DNA of 42,580 bases, taken from NCBI GenBank assembly GCA_041623375.1, contig JBFJXA010000002.1:1-42580 (forward strand). The letters are read 5' to 3'. Below, piece after piece: positions 1 to 8,441 of this stretch (its first letter is position 1; each line of letters opens with the position of its first letter). The stretch is from Gammaproteobacteria bacterium (lineage in GTDB: Bacteria; Pseudomonadota; Gammaproteobacteria; Steroidobacterales; Rariloculaceae). Made by a program: the position numbers and the translations under genes. The notes under the pieces were generated by a model. It did not search any database, was not told where the DNA came from, and saw nothing but the letters and a program-made list of their open reading frames with translations.

Positions 1-813
1 CATTGCGACGATCACGATCGCAAAGCCGGCGTAGATCGCCTCGGCGCGGGTCGCGCCGGCGACGAATTGCGCGAAGAGCTTGCCGATCACGGCCCAGCTA
101 CCGCCGGCGAGCACGCCGCCGAGCAGCGCGCTGCGGAGCCTGACGGACGTGTTGGGGATGAACGCATACAAGAACGTGAACGCCCCGATCACGAGCAAAT
201 AGGGCATCGCCTGGGTCAGCATGACGATCAGGCTGCCTAGCGGCGCCACTTCCTGAAGACGCGCGACCAGAGCCGTGCTCGCGACGGTCGCCGTCATACC
301 CATGGCAATCATCATGACCAACGGGCCGACGAGCAGCACGCTGAGATACTCGCTGAAGCGGCGTCCAAAGCTACGGGGCCTGTCGACGCGCCAGACGAAA
401 TTGAAGCTGTCTTCGAATTTCTGAGCCATCGATAGCGCGGCGTAGAGCAGGAGACCGAGACCGACGCCGGCCAGCGTCGAGCCGCTGATGTTGTCGACGA
501 AGGTGATGATGTTTGCCGTGAGCTCTTCGGCTCGCGGTCCGAGCGGCATGAGAAAGCTCAACAGTAGCGGCTCCATGCGACGGTGGAAGCCGAATCCCTT
601 GAGCACGGAAAAGCTCAACGCAAGCAGTGGGACGACCGCCAGAATCGTCGTATAGACGAGGCTCATGGCTCTGAGCTTGAGCTCCCCCGAGCCGAGCTCG
701 CGGATCAACGCGAATGCGTATCGGCCCACGATGCGCGGGACGCGCTCGAGGGCGTTAGCGGGTAACGTCTCGGGCCAGAGCCAGGCATCGATGCGTTGCT
801 TGAGCTGTTCCAT
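1..813 (-). CDS. YihY/BrkB-family inner-membrane protein (N-terminal 271 codons; gene continues past window start)
   Basis: ATG is the reverse complement of 811-813. Manual translation gives MEQLKQRIDAWLWPETLPANALERVPRIVGRYAFALIRELGSGELKLRAMSLVYTTILAVVPLLALSFSVLKGFG, followed by hydrophobic segments, which fits the YihY-family N-terminal pattern. The frame stays open to base 1. It is absent from the ORF track because no stop lies in the window. Confidence 0.65.
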   Translation of the reverse strand, partial: MEQLKQRIDAWLWPETLPANALERVPRIVGRYAFALIRELGSGELKLRAMSLVYTTILAVVPLLALSFSVLKGFGFHRRMEPLLLSFLMPLGPRAEELTANIITFVDNISGSTLAGVGLGLLLYAALSMAQKFEDSFNFVWRVDRPRSFGRRFSEYLSVLLVGPLVMMIAMGMTATVASTALVARLQEVAPLGSLIVMLTQAMPYLLVIGAFTFLYAFIPNTSVRLRSALLGGVLAGGSWAVIGKLFAQFVAGATRAEAIYAGFAIVIVAM

Positions 814-831
814 GACTCCGGATGTGTCCGG

Positions 832-1728
832 CTAACCGGTGAGGCGCTCGAGTGCCTCGAGGTACTTTTCGCGCGTTCGCGTGACGACGACTTCGGGTAG
901 ACGTGGTCCGGGCGCTTGCTTGTTCCAGTCGAGCGTCTCGAGATAGTCGCGCACGTATTGCTTGTCGAAGCTCTGTGGCGAGGCACCGGGCGCGTAGCTG
1001 TCGAGCGGCCAGAAACGCGATGAGTCGGGCGTGAACAGCTCATCGATGAGCACGAGGCGGCCGTCATTGTCCAGGCCGAATTCGAACTTCGTGTCGGCAA
1101 CGATGATGCCGCGCTCGCGCGCGTGCTTCGAAGCTCGCGCATAGAGCGCTTGCGAGACGTCGTGGATCTGCCGCGTGAGCTCGGTGCCGAGCAGCGCCTC
1201 GACGTCCTTGAGCGTGATGTTTTCGTCGTGGGAGCCCGGCTCGGCCTTCGTGCTCGGTGTGAAGATCGGCTCGCGTAGCTGCTCAGCCAGCTCGAGGCCC
1301 GGCGGGAGCTCCACGCCGCTGACACGCCCGGTGGCGCAGTAGTCTTTCCAGCCGGAGCCGATCAGATAGCCTCGGATGACTGCTTCGACCGGTAACGGCT
1401 CGAGCTTGCGCACGACGACAGCGCGGTCCTCGAATAGCTCGCGATCGGCCTCGTCGGTCAACACGTCAGCGGCCCGGATCGAAGCCAGGTGGTTCGGAAC
1501 GACGTCTGCGAGTTTATCGAACCAAAAATTCGAGATCGCCGTGAGCACAATGCCTTTTCCAGGGATCGGATCGGGCAATATCACGTCGAATGCCGAAATG
1601 CGATCGGAAGCGACGATGAGCAAATGCTCGTCGTCGACGCGATAGATATCGCGTACCTTGCCCCGCGCGACCAGGTCGAGACTTTGGATATTCGATTCGT
1701 AGACGGCCGGGCTCTGCGGCTCACTCAT
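832..1728 (-). CDS. purC: Phosphoribosylaminoimidazole-succinocarboxamide (SAICAR) synthase
   Basis: Lies within ORF 832..1998(-). The conserved PurC sequence starts at internal Met (cat at 1726-1728): [59 protein letters not shown]. The 90 upstream codons look non-coding. Confidence 0.9.
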   Translation of the reverse strand: MSEPQSPAVYESNIQSLDLVARGKVRDIYRVDDEHLLIVASDRISAFDVILPDPIPGKGIVLTAISNFWFDKLADVVPNHLASIRAADVLTDEADRELFEDRAVVVRKLEPLPVEAVIRGYLIGSGWKDYCATGRVSGVELPPGLELAEQLREPIFTPSTKAEPGSHDENITLKDVEALLGTELTRQIHDVSQALYARASKHARERGIIVADTKFEFGLDNDGRLVLIDELFTPDSSRFWPLDSYAPGASPQSFDKQYVRDYLETLDWNKQAPGPRLPEVVVTRTREKYLEALERLTG

Positions 1729-1939
1729 GTCGGCTCTGGTCCTTGTGGCTTGAATGCCCTGCGGCTGGAATAATAGCGCGCAACCGCATGGGCTAGCTTG
1801 TGTGTCGGTTTGCCGGGGTCGGGGGATTGGCAGGGGCGAAAGCTCTCCGAAAGTGCGATGATGACCGTTCTGAGCCGCTTCGATCAACATTTCGTGCCGA
1901 ACCCGCAGTGCGGATCTGCACTGCCTTTGCGCGTCGAGC

Positions 1940-2740
1940 ATGCCGAGAGCTTCGGTGCAGTGGGCAGGTAAGGCTTTCGGCGGCATTGTCGGCCTCATCG
2001 CAGGCGGGCCAATCGGCTCGTTGCTCGGCCTCGTGCTCGGTCACCAGTTCGATCAGGGTTTTGGCGATCGTCTCGGGGGCGCGCGCAGTCGCGGTTCGGC
2101 TCGCACACGCCGCCTGTTCTTCGAGACCACGTTCGGCGTCATGGGCCACATCGCCAAGTCTGATGGACGCGTCTCCGAGAAAGAAATCCGCGCTGCGCGG
2201 CGCATCATGCACGGCATGGCGCTGTCGCCAGAGCAGGTTACGCTCGCAATAGAGCACTTTACGCGCGGTAAGAGTCCCGCGTTTCGACTCAACGAGGCTG
2301 TCGATCAGCTCTCCAGAGCGCTCGGCGGCCGACGCGACCTCATTCGCGCGTTCGTCGAAATTCAGCTCCAGGCCCTCGTGGCGAGCGGCGGTCTCGACCG
2401 CGCCAAGCGGGATCTACTCTGGACGATTGCGCGTCGACTCGGCATGGGGCGGGTCGAGCTCGCGCAGATCGAGGCACTCGTGCGCGCTCAGCAGGCCTCG
2501 GCGGGCTCCGGCCAACGCCGCATCGAAGATATCGAGCAGGCGTATCGCGTGCTCGGCGTTGCGCGCGATGCGCCGATACAGGACATCAAGCTCGCTTACC
2601 GCCGGCTCATGAACCAGCATCATCCGGATAAGCTCGTTTCGCGAGGGCTACCGGAGTCGATGAAGGCCAATGCCGAGCAGAAGACACGCGAGATCCGCGC
2701 CGCTTACGATCAGATCAAGGCGCAGCGAGACTTCAGCTGA
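1940..2740 (+). CDS. djlA: Co-chaperone DjlA (N-terminal TM segment, TerB-like middle, C-terminal J domain)
   Basis: N-terminus [33 protein letters not shown] is typical of DjlA. The C-terminal J domain reads [30 protein letters not shown]. The true start could be the GTG at 1955. Confidence 0.85.
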   Translation: MPRASVQWAGKAFGGIVGLIAGGPIGSLLGLVLGHQFDQGFGDRLGGARSRGSARTRRLFFETTFGVMGHIAKSDGRVSEKEIRAARRIMHGMALSPEQVTLAIEHFTRGKSPAFRLNEAVDQLSRALGGRRDLIRAFVEIQLQALVASGGLDRAKRDLLWTIARRLGMGRVELAQIEALVRAQQASAGSGQRRIEDIEQAYRVLGVARDAPIQDIKLAYRRLMNQHHPDKLVSRGLPESMKANAEQKTREIRAAYDQIKAQRDFS

Positions 2741-2767
2741 GCGGCTCGCAGACTCGGGCGCTCGCGT

Positions 2768-3454
2768 TCAGGCTTGTCGCCGTAATGCAGACTCCGGACG
2801 CGGCTTCGGTGCTTCGCGGCGCGCATTGAACACGACGATCGTCTTGCCGTTGGCTTTAACGAGGCCCTGTTCCTCCAACACCTTGAGCACGCGGCCGGCC
2901 ATTTCCCGTGAGCAGCCGACCAGTCGGGATAGCTCCTGACGAGAAACCTTGATCTGCATGCCCTCCGGATGTGTCATGGCGTCGGGCTCATTACACAGAT
3001 CCATGATCGCGTGAGCGACCCGACCGGTGACGTCGACGAAGGCGAGGTCGCCGAGCTTGCGGTTGGTTCTGTCGAGGCGTGTCGCGAGCTGAGTCGCGAG
3101 CTCGAAGATCAGACCCGGGCTTTCCGAGGCGATCTGCCGGAACCTCGGGTAGGTCATCTCGGCGATCTCGCTCTCCGTGCGCGTGCGCACCCACGCGCTG
3201 CGCGTCGGCTGCTCGTAGAAAAGGCCCATCTCGCCGAAGAACTGTCCCTTGTTCAGATAGGCGAGGACCATCTCATTGCCGTCCTCGTCTTCGATCATGA
3301 CCTCTACGGACCCATCGACGATGTAGTACATGACGTCTGGCAAGTCGCCAGCGTGAATCATTACGGATTTGGCAGGAATTGTTCTGACGCGACAATAGCT
3401 CAGGAAACGGTTGATCGCAGGAACATCACTCAACGGTCGAACGACTTCATCCAT
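2768..3454 (-). CDS. crp: CRP/Vfr/Clp-family cyclic-nucleotide-responsive transcription factor
   Basis: Has a cNMP-binding beta-roll (GQFFGEMGLF, RSAWVRT) and a C-terminal HTH (VSRQELSRLVGCSREMAGRVLKVLEEQGLV). Confidence 0.9.
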   Translation of the reverse strand: MDEVVRPLSDVPAINRFLSYCRVRTIPAKSVMIHAGDLPDVMYYIVDGSVEVMIEDEDGNEMVLAYLNKGQFFGEMGLFYEQPTRSAWVRTRTESEIAEMTYPRFRQIASESPGLIFELATQLATRLDRTNRKLGDLAFVDVTGRVAHAIMDLCNEPDAMTHPEGMQIKVSRQELSRLVGCSREMAGRVLKVLEEQGLVKANGKTIVVFNARREAPKPRPESALRRQA

Positions 3455-3531
3455 GGGTCCACACTCCTGTTTGACGTAATGATGTATTTAATCAATTTAC
3501 CGGGAACTGACAAGGAAGTTATGGCCCAGGT

Positions 3532-3547
3532 TGTGACACGGTTCACA
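3532..3547. promoter_or_regulatory. Perfect CRP-type palindrome TGTGA-N6-TCACA, about 80 bp upstream of the crp start codon
   Basis: The sequence tgtgacacggttcaca was read directly at 3532-3547. It overlaps the coq7 stop codon (3543-3545) and lies in the crp 5' region. Confidence 0.55.
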
Positions 3548-4181
3548 CCTTGGCTGCGACACGGCGCAAGATTTCGCCTCCGAGGGCCATTGCCGATCGT
3601 GCAGCCGCAGGCAGGTCGATACCCCCCGCGAGACGCGCCGTCGTGCCATGATGCGACTCATCGCTGGCCATTTGCTCGAGGATTGCGACGCTCTTCTCAT
3701 CTGCCTTCGGCAGCCGATCGAGATGGTCATGAATATGCGCTTCGACCTGTCTTTCAGTCTCGGCGATGAAGCCGAGACTGATACGGTCGCCGGCTGCGCC
3801 GGCAACGAGGCCGAGCGTAAACGCGCCGGCGTACCAGATCGGGGTCAACGCGCTCGGACGGGCACCGAGCTCGTCGAGCCGCTCTCGACACCATGCGAGG
3901 TGATCCTGCTCCTCGCGACCGGCTTGGATGAGATGCTCTCGGGTCGCGGCGGTTCGGGCGAGCACGGCCTGGCCGCTGTAGAGCGCTTGAGCCGCAATCT
4001 CGCCGGCATGGTTGACGCGCATGAGCTCGACGCTCGCTGCGCGCTCTTGCGCGTCGAGATCGGGCTCGGGCATGGATTGCGTCGGTGACGGCCGCGCCGC
4101 GCGCGCCGGTCCTGCCACGGTTCGCAGCGCTTCGTCGGCTGCCCCGATGAGGCGGTCTGACCAGGTGCTGCCTCGCGTCAT
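3543..4181 (-). CDS. coq7: Demethoxyubiquinone hydroxylase (di-iron Coq7 family)
   Basis: Di-iron motifs are present: MRVNHAGEIAAQALY, EEQDHLAW, ETERQVEAHI, DESHH. The start was chosen at internal Met MTRGSTWSDRLI (cat at 4179-4181) rather than the ORF-track start at 4313. Confidence 0.85.
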   Translation of the reverse strand: MTRGSTWSDRLIGAADEALRTVAGPARAARPSPTQSMPEPDLDAQERAASVELMRVNHAGEIAAQALYSGQAVLARTAATREHLIQAGREEQDHLAWCRERLDELGARPSALTPIWYAGAFTLGLVAGAAGDRISLGFIAETERQVEAHIHDHLDRLPKADEKSVAILEQMASDESHHGTTARLAGGIDLPAAARSAMALGGEILRRVAAKV

Positions 4182-4303
4182 CCCGCGATTATAGACGGTC
4201 CCGCCCCGCGGGTATCGGCGCCGCTCGCCGCTTGCCACCACCCGGTGAGGCACGTAGAATTTCGCCTCTTTAGTCGGCGGCGATGCCGCCGCTCGGGCAA
4301 CAC

Positions 4304-4732
4304 ATGAAGACATTCTCAGCCAAGCCGGCGGAAGTCCGGCGCGATTGGTATCTCGTCGACGCCGACGGCAAGACGCTCGGGCGCCTCGCGACCGAGATCG
4401 CTCGGCGCCTGCGCGGCAAGCACAAAGCCGAATACACGCCTCACGTGGATACCGGCGACTACATCGTCGTCGTCAACGCGGAGAAGATCCGTGTCACGGG
4501 CCGCAAGCTCAAGGACAAGCTTTACCATCGGCACACGGGCTACATCGGCAACCTCAAAACCGAGTCTCTGGAGCAGCTGCTCGATCGGGCGCCGGAGCGT
4601 GTGCTTACGCAGGCCGTCAAGGGCATGCTGCCGCGCAACACGCTGGGCCGCCAGATGCTCAGCAAGCTCAGGGTCGTGCGTGGGCCCGAGCACCCGCATC
4701 AGGCACAACAGCCGCTGCCGCTGGAGCTTTAG
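4304..4732 (+). CDS. rplM: 50S ribosomal protein L13
   Basis: [62 protein letters not shown] is the canonical L13 sequence. It starts at the internal ATG at 4304. Confidence 0.95.
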   Translation: MKTFSAKPAEVRRDWYLVDADGKTLGRLATEIARRLRGKHKAEYTPHVDTGDYIVVVNAEKIRVTGRKLKDKLYHRHTGYIGNLKTESLEQLLDRAPERVLTQAVKGMLPRNTLGRQMLSKLRVVRGPEHPHQAQQPLPLEL

Positions 4733-4746
4733 GAACGTATAACGAT

Positions 4747-5139
4747 ATGGCTAAGGATATTTATTACGGCACCGGTCGTCGCAAAACCTCGGCGGCGCGC
4801 GTCTTTCTGCGTCCGGGCGCCGGCGAAATCAAGGTCAATGGCCGGTCGTTGGATAGGTTTTTCGGTCGCGAGACTGCGCGCATGATCGTACGCCAGCCGC
4901 TGCAGCTCGCCCAGCTCGAGGATCGCTTCGATATCCAGGTCAGCGTGCAGGGCGGCGGCACAACGGGTCAGGCAGGCGCGATTCGCCACGGCATCACGCG
5001 CGCGCTGATCGACTACGACGAGACGTTGAAACAGCCGCTGCGCAAGGCAGGCTTCGTCACGCGCGACGCGCGTGAGGTCGAGCGCAAGAAGGTCGGCCTG
5101 CGTAAGGCCCGGCGCGCGACACAGTACTCCAAGCGCTAG
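4747..5139 (+). CDS. rpsI: 30S ribosomal protein S9
   Basis: The sequence [35 protein letters not shown]...[12 protein letters not shown] begins at the ATG at 4747, inside the longer track ORF 4345..5139. Confidence 0.95.
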   Translation: MAKDIYYGTGRRKTSAARVFLRPGAGEIKVNGRSLDRFFGRETARMIVRQPLQLAQLEDRFDIQVSVQGGGTTGQAGAIRHGITRALIDYDETLKQPLRKAGFVTRDAREVERKKVGLRKARRATQYSKR

Positions 5140-5167
5140 CCACACAGACTCCCCCCACGGAACGCAC

Positions 5168-5189
5168 GCCCGCGGCCGCTCGAGCGGGC
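5168..5189 (+). terminator. GC-rich hairpin downstream of rpsI (possible terminator, weak U-tract)
   Basis: The stem is gcccgc / gcgggc around a 10-nt loop, 29 nt after the rpsI stop. It is followed by ttacggttctc. Confidence 0.3.
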
Positions 5190-5195
5190 TTACGG

Positions 5196-5325
5196 TTCTC
5201 GCGTCTGCAGTTGCTCGACGAGATGGCTCGCTTCGGCAGCAATTTGCTCCTGCAATTGCTGCACTTGCGCCATCCCTGGCGGTCGCTGCGCTTTAGTGCT
5301 CGTCTAGCAACTGCAGACGCGAGAA
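5196..5325. repeat. 130-bp element bounded by a perfect 20-bp inverted repeat with a nested 9-bp hairpin
   Basis: ttctcgcgtctgcagttgct (5196-5215) is the exact reverse complement of agcaactgcagacgcgagaa (5306-5325). An inner hairpin, gcagcaatt-tgctcctgc-aattgctgc, lies at about 5237-5263. Confidence 0.8.
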
Positions 5326-5379
5326 TTTGAACGGCGGGCGGGTGACGGAAGGTCTCCGCTCAAATCTGGGGGCGAGCCC

Positions 5380-5408
5380 TTCGCCATTCCTCGCAGTCCG
5401 GTTAAGAT
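5380..5408 (+). promoter_or_regulatory. Candidate sigma70 promoter for tRNA-Gln (TTCGCC-17 nt-TAAGAT) with a GC-rich discriminator
   Basis: Hexamers were read by eye. The -10 element ends about 20 nt before the mature tRNA 5' end, and the sequence following it is GC-rich (agccgggcgacccgtgcgac). Confidence 0.3.
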
Positions 5409-5428
5409 AGCCGGGCGACCCGTGCGAC

Positions 5429-5502
5429 TGGGGGATCGTCTAGTGGTAGGACTGCGGACTCTGACTCCGCCAGCGGGGGTTCGAATCCCTCTCCCCCAGC
5501 CA
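5429..5502 (+). tRNA. tRNA-Gln (anticodon CUG), CCA encoded
   Basis: The acceptor stem tggggga/tccccca pairs. The anticodon arm is gcgga-ctCTGac-tccgc. The T-arm is gggggttcgaatccctc. The discriminator G plus CCA lie at 5499-5502. Confidence 0.9.
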
Positions 5503-5539
5503 ACTTTATCAGTCGGCGCCACGCGTTCTGCCTGGCACC

Positions 5540-6196
5540 TCAGCCGATGACCGTAATTCCGTCTTCGCCGCCGACGAGCAACACGTCGGCGCCGCGCTGG
5601 GCGAAGAGCCCGACGGTGACGACGCCCGGAATCTGATTCAGAGCCGATTCCAGCTTTACGGGGCTCTCAATCGTAAGGTTGTGGACGTCGATGATCTGAT
5701 TGCCGTTGTCGGTGACGACGCCTTCGCGCCACTCGGGCTGACCGCCGGCTTTGACGATCTGCCTCGCGACATAGGATCGGGCCAGCGGAATGACCTCGAT
5801 GGGCAGCGGAAATCTGCCGAGCATGCCGACGAGCTTCGAATCGTCGACGATGCAGACAAAGCGTCGCGCGGCACCGGCGAGGACTTTTTCGCGCGTCAAT
5901 GCGCCGCCGCCGCCCTTGATGAGATGCAGATGACGGGTTGCCTCGTCCGCGCCGTCCACGTAGAGATCCAGATCGCCGATCGAGTTTAGGTCGGTCACCG
6001 CGATTCCCGCGGTCTCGAGCTTCTCGGTCGAGGCGTTGGAGCTCGATGCAACGGCTCTGAGCCGGGGTGCGTTCCGGGCTAGCGCTGCGATGAAGAAGTC
6101 GACCGTGCTACCCGTTCCGACCCCGAGGGCCATCCCATCCTCGACATACGGAAGCGCGGCCTCCGCTACCACGCGCTTCTTCTCGTCCTGGTTCAT
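5540..6196 (-). CDS. rpiA: Ribose-5-phosphate isomerase A
   Basis: [22 protein letters not shown] and [12 protein letters not shown] are RpiA signatures. Confidence 0.92.
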   Translation of the reverse strand: MNQDEKKRVVAEAALPYVEDGMALGVGTGSTVDFFIAALARNAPRLRAVASSSNASTEKLETAGIAVTDLNSIGDLDLYVDGADEATRHLHLIKGGGGALTREKVLAGAARRFVCIVDDSKLVGMLGRFPLPIEVIPLARSYVARQIVKAGGQPEWREGVVTDNGNQIIDVHNLTIESPVKLESALNQIPGVVTVGLFAQRGADVLLVGGEDGITVIG

Positions 6197-6208
6197 TGCG
6201 ACGTCTCC

Positions 6209-6237
6209 AAAAAAAGTGCCCGCATATAGCGGGCACT
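6209..6237 (-). terminator. Rho-independent terminator of the histone-like gene (8-bp GC stem plus U7 on the minus strand)
   Basis: The plus strand reads aaaaaaa-gtgcccgc-atata-gcgggcac. Read on the minus strand this is a stem-loop followed by TTTTTTT. It lies 46 nt after the stop at 6283 and only about 13 nt upstream of the rpiA ATG. Confidence 0.7.
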
Positions 6238-6282
6238 TTGTTCGTGTCAGAGCCTAGTGGCTCGCATAAGACATTGAAGAAG

Positions 6283-6630
6283 TTACTTTTTCTTGCTAAC
6301 TCTCTTCTTGGACTTGCGCTTGGCAGCCTTCTTCTTGGTCTTGCGCTTCGCGGCTTTTTTCTTGGTCTTACGCTTAGCAGCTTTCTTTTTAGCTTTTTTC
6401 TTCGTCTTGCGCTTAGCGGCTTTCCTCTTGGTCTTGCGCTTGGCAGCCTTTTTCTTGGTCTTACGCTTTGCGGCTTTCTTCTTAGCCTTCTTCTTCGTCT
6501 TGCGCTTCGCTACTTTCCTCTTAGCAGCCTTCTTCTTCGTCTTACGCTTCGCAACTTTACGCCGCGCCGGCTTGCGCTTGGCAGCCTTCTTCCTAGTCGA
6601 TCGCTTCTTCGAAGCAGGTTTCTTAGCCAT
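6283..6630 (-). CDS. Histone H1-like / AlgP-like Lys-Ala repeat nucleoid protein (115 aa)
   Basis: The sequence is MAKKPASKKRSTRKKAAKRK... with reiterated AAKRKTKKK units. By my count 75 of 115 residues are K or R. The start is at the internal ATG (cat at 6628-6630) of ORF 6283..6759. Confidence 0.75.
   Translation of the reverse strand: MAKKPASKKRSTRKKAAKRKPARRKVAKRKTKKKAAKRKVAKRKTKKKAKKKAAKRKTKKKAAKRKTKRKAAKRKTKKKAKKKAAKRKTKKKAAKRKTKKKAAKRKSKKRVSKKK
6307..6590. repeat. Imperfect 27-bp tandem coding repeats (cttcttggtcttgcgcttggcagc-like units)
   Basis: The periodicity is visible on the plus strand. It corresponds to the 9-aa AAKRKTKKK units of the minus-strand protein. Confidence 0.8.
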
Positions 6631-6800
6631 GGGTAGTCTCCGTGTCGGGGTTAACCGGCGTTGAGTATATATAAACGCAACGAAAATTCCAGCAAGTTGC
6701 AAGTTTTTGCACTTCTCATTCGTGCGACTAGTCGTTGCAGAATGTGATCGGATCCACACTCTGATGCAAATGCTGCGTCATCGAAGCGCGTCGAACGAAC

Positions 6801-7283
6801 TCAAACGCTAGCGTTTCGTTGTTCGAGCCCAACAATAAAACTCCACTGCTCGGCAGTGACGGGTATAACCGAAAGCCTGTTACCGCGACGCAAAAGCGCT
6901 AGATCGCGCAGTTCGTCGTCTTTGTATCGCTTCATTTCCTTGAGCGAGATAGGTTGTTCGAGCTTGCGCTCGAGGCGTACGTCGACCATATACCAGCGCG
7001 GATTGTCCGGATCGCTTGCCGCATCGAAATGCTTATCGGTCGGATCGAAAGCCGTGTGGTCCGGATACGCGGCCGAGACGATGCGCGCAATTCCCGCGAT
7101 GCCGGGCTCAGCGCAGCTCGAATGATAAAAAAACGCCAAATCGCCCTTTGCCATGGTGTCACGCATGTAATTGCGCGCCTGATAGTTACGTACGCCATCC
7201 CAGCACGTTTGACGCTTCGGGCTCGACTCCAGATCGTCGATACTGAAGTCGGAAGGTTCAGATTTCAGAAGCCAGTAGTTCAT
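6801..7283 (-). CDS. EVE (PUA-like) domain protein
   Basis: MNYWLLKSEPSDFSIDDLESSPKRQTCWDGVRNYQARNYMRDTMAKGDLAFFYHS is the characteristic EVE N-terminus. The start is at the internal ATG (cat at 7281-7283). Confidence 0.85.
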   Translation of the reverse strand: MNYWLLKSEPSDFSIDDLESSPKRQTCWDGVRNYQARNYMRDTMAKGDLAFFYHSSCAEPGIAGIARIVSAAYPDHTAFDPTDKHFDAASDPDNPRWYMVDVRLERKLEQPISLKEMKRYKDDELRDLALLRRGNRLSVIPVTAEQWSFIVGLEQRNASV

Positions 7284-7893
7284 CGGCCGCAATACCCTCG
7301 AAGTGCTCGACGCCGCCGTCCGTGACTGCGCCCCAGAGTGGAACGTCCCAATAATTCGGTACCAATCGATCCACTTTCTGGAAATCGAAGCCAATACCGA
7401 TGAGTTTAGGTTTTTGCCAGCGCGTTCGCCGCCTCAAATAGCTGAAGCTGCGATCGTAGTAGCCTTGACCCATGCCTAGTCTATTGCCGCGTTTGTCGAA
7501 AGCCACGAGCGGTACCAGTACGATGTCCAGCCGACGCGTGTCAACGCGCCTGCCGCTCTCGGGTTCCGGTATACCGAACCGGTTGCGCTTCAGGACGTCG
7601 CGGACTCCGAGCTCGAGAAAACGCAGGCTGTTGCCCGCGAGCGCAGGGACAAAGATCGATTTGCCGCTGGACCGCGCGTGCTCGGCAACACAGCGTAGAT
7701 CGACCTCGCCGTCGATACCGAAGTAAATCGCAACGGCGCGCGCTCGTTGGTAGGCGGGCATCCGCAGCACGTTGCGCACGATGGCGCGTTGAGCAGCACG
7801 TCGTTCCGACGGGTCCAGCGCTCGACGCTGTGCTCGAATTTCGCGCCGAGTCCTGTTGCGAGTGCGCCCGGCTGTCGACGTGATGTTTGTCAA
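7258..7893 (-). CDS. 5-formyltetrahydrofolate cyclo-ligase
   Basis: Motifs IYFGIDGEVDL, VPLVAFDKRGNRLGMGQGYYDR and the position downstream of 6S RNA support the call. There is no in-frame ATG downstream of the 6S RNA, so I propose a TTG start at 7893 (uncertain). The 3' end overlaps the EVE gene by 26 nt. Confidence 0.75.
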   Translation of the reverse strand: MTNITSTAGRTRNRTRREIRAQRRALDPSERRAAQRAIVRNVLRMPAYQRARAVAIYFGIDGEVDLRCVAEHARSSGKSIFVPALAGNSLRFLELGVRDVLKRNRFGIPEPESGRRVDTRRLDIVLVPLVAFDKRGNRLGMGQGYYDRSFSYLRRRTRWQKPKLIGIGFDFQKVDRLVPNYWDVPLWGAVTDGGVEHFEGIAADELLASEI

Positions 7894-7910
7894 GCGTGAT
7901 CGGCGGCGCC

Positions 7911-8098
7911 GTTCGAAAGAGGATGACGCTCCCCGCCTGTGCCGTTGCAGATGGTTGCTCTCGAACCAGAGCAAAAGGTGGGGTAAGCCGTGATGGTTGC
8001 AGGCTTCCCGGCTAAACCGGATCTGCTCAACGCCACCGACAGGGCACAACCCCGAGGTCAAGATTTAGGGTCGAAAGACTATCCAATCTGCATCGAAC
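7911..8098 (-). ncRNA. ssrS: 6S RNA
   Basis: The minus-strand sequence contains GGUGGCG...GAAGCCU...CACCUUUUGCUCUGGUUCGAGAGCAACC, alignable by eye to E. coli 6S. A closing stem is formed by GUUCGA...GGAU at the 5' end and AUCC...UCGAAC at the 3' end. It sits between zapA and the 5-FCL gene, as in E. coli. The ends are accurate to about +/-10 nt. Confidence 0.8.
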
Positions 8099-8126
8099 AC
8101 CGCAGGGAACGTCAAAACCGGTCGCC

Positions 8127-8441
8127 CTAAAGGCTTAGCTGCTGGGCAGGTCCGAGCGCGGAGTCGAGACGCTCGCGCATCGCCTTGATACGGAGGTCGA
8201 AAATGTCCTTGAGCTGCCGATCCTCATCGTTGCGTTTGAGGAGCTCGTTCGCAAGGTTCAAGGCGGCCATGACGGCAACGCGGTCCAGCCCCAAAACTTT
8301 GCCCGTGTTGCGGATATCCTGCATTTTCTTATTCAGCAGGTCTGCCGATGCCAAAAGATCCGCTTTCTCTTCGATTGGGCAGGCAACCTGATACTCCTTG
8401 CCGAGAATCCGGACACTGACGTGCGCGTAGGTCTCGCTCAT
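8127..8441 (-). CDS. zapA: Cell division protein ZapA
   Basis: The sequence is MSETYAHVSVRILGKEYQVACPIEEKADLLASADLLNKKMQDIRNTGKVLGLDRVAVMAALNLANEL. The internal start at 8441 makes an ATGA overlap with the upstream gene. Confidence 0.88.
   Translation of the reverse strand: MSETYAHVSVRILGKEYQVACPIEEKADLLASADLLNKKMQDIRNTGKVLGLDRVAVMAALNLANELLKRNDEDRQLKDIFDLRIKAMRERLDSALGPAQQLSL

Noticed and set aside
1729-1998. 90-codon N-terminal extension of purC in the ORF track
   Set aside because: Conserved PurC sequence begins at the internal Met at 1728. The extension has no similarity and would consume the divergent purC/djlA promoter region.
5429-5502. tRNA-Gln as a possible genomic-island integration site
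   Set aside because: There is no integrase and no direct repeat of the tRNA 3' end in the window. The flanking genes (rpsI, rpiA) are core housekeeping genes.
5304-5522. 72-aa minus-strand ORF
   Set aside because: It lies directly over the tRNA-Gln gene, so it is an artefact.
6307-6590. Regular 27-bp repeats considered as a possible CRISPR or VNTR array
   Set aside because: There are no unique spacers between the repeats. The repeats are contiguous, in-frame and code for the AAKRKTKKK units, so this is a coding tandem repeat.
6196-6664. Two Leu/Phe-rich repetitive plus-strand ORFs (146 aa and 123 aa) that look like membrane proteins
   Set aside because: They are the mirror image of the Lys/Ala repeat gene, since AAG/GCC codons read as CTT/GGC on the opposite strand. 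The minus-strand gene has a proper ATG and terminator.
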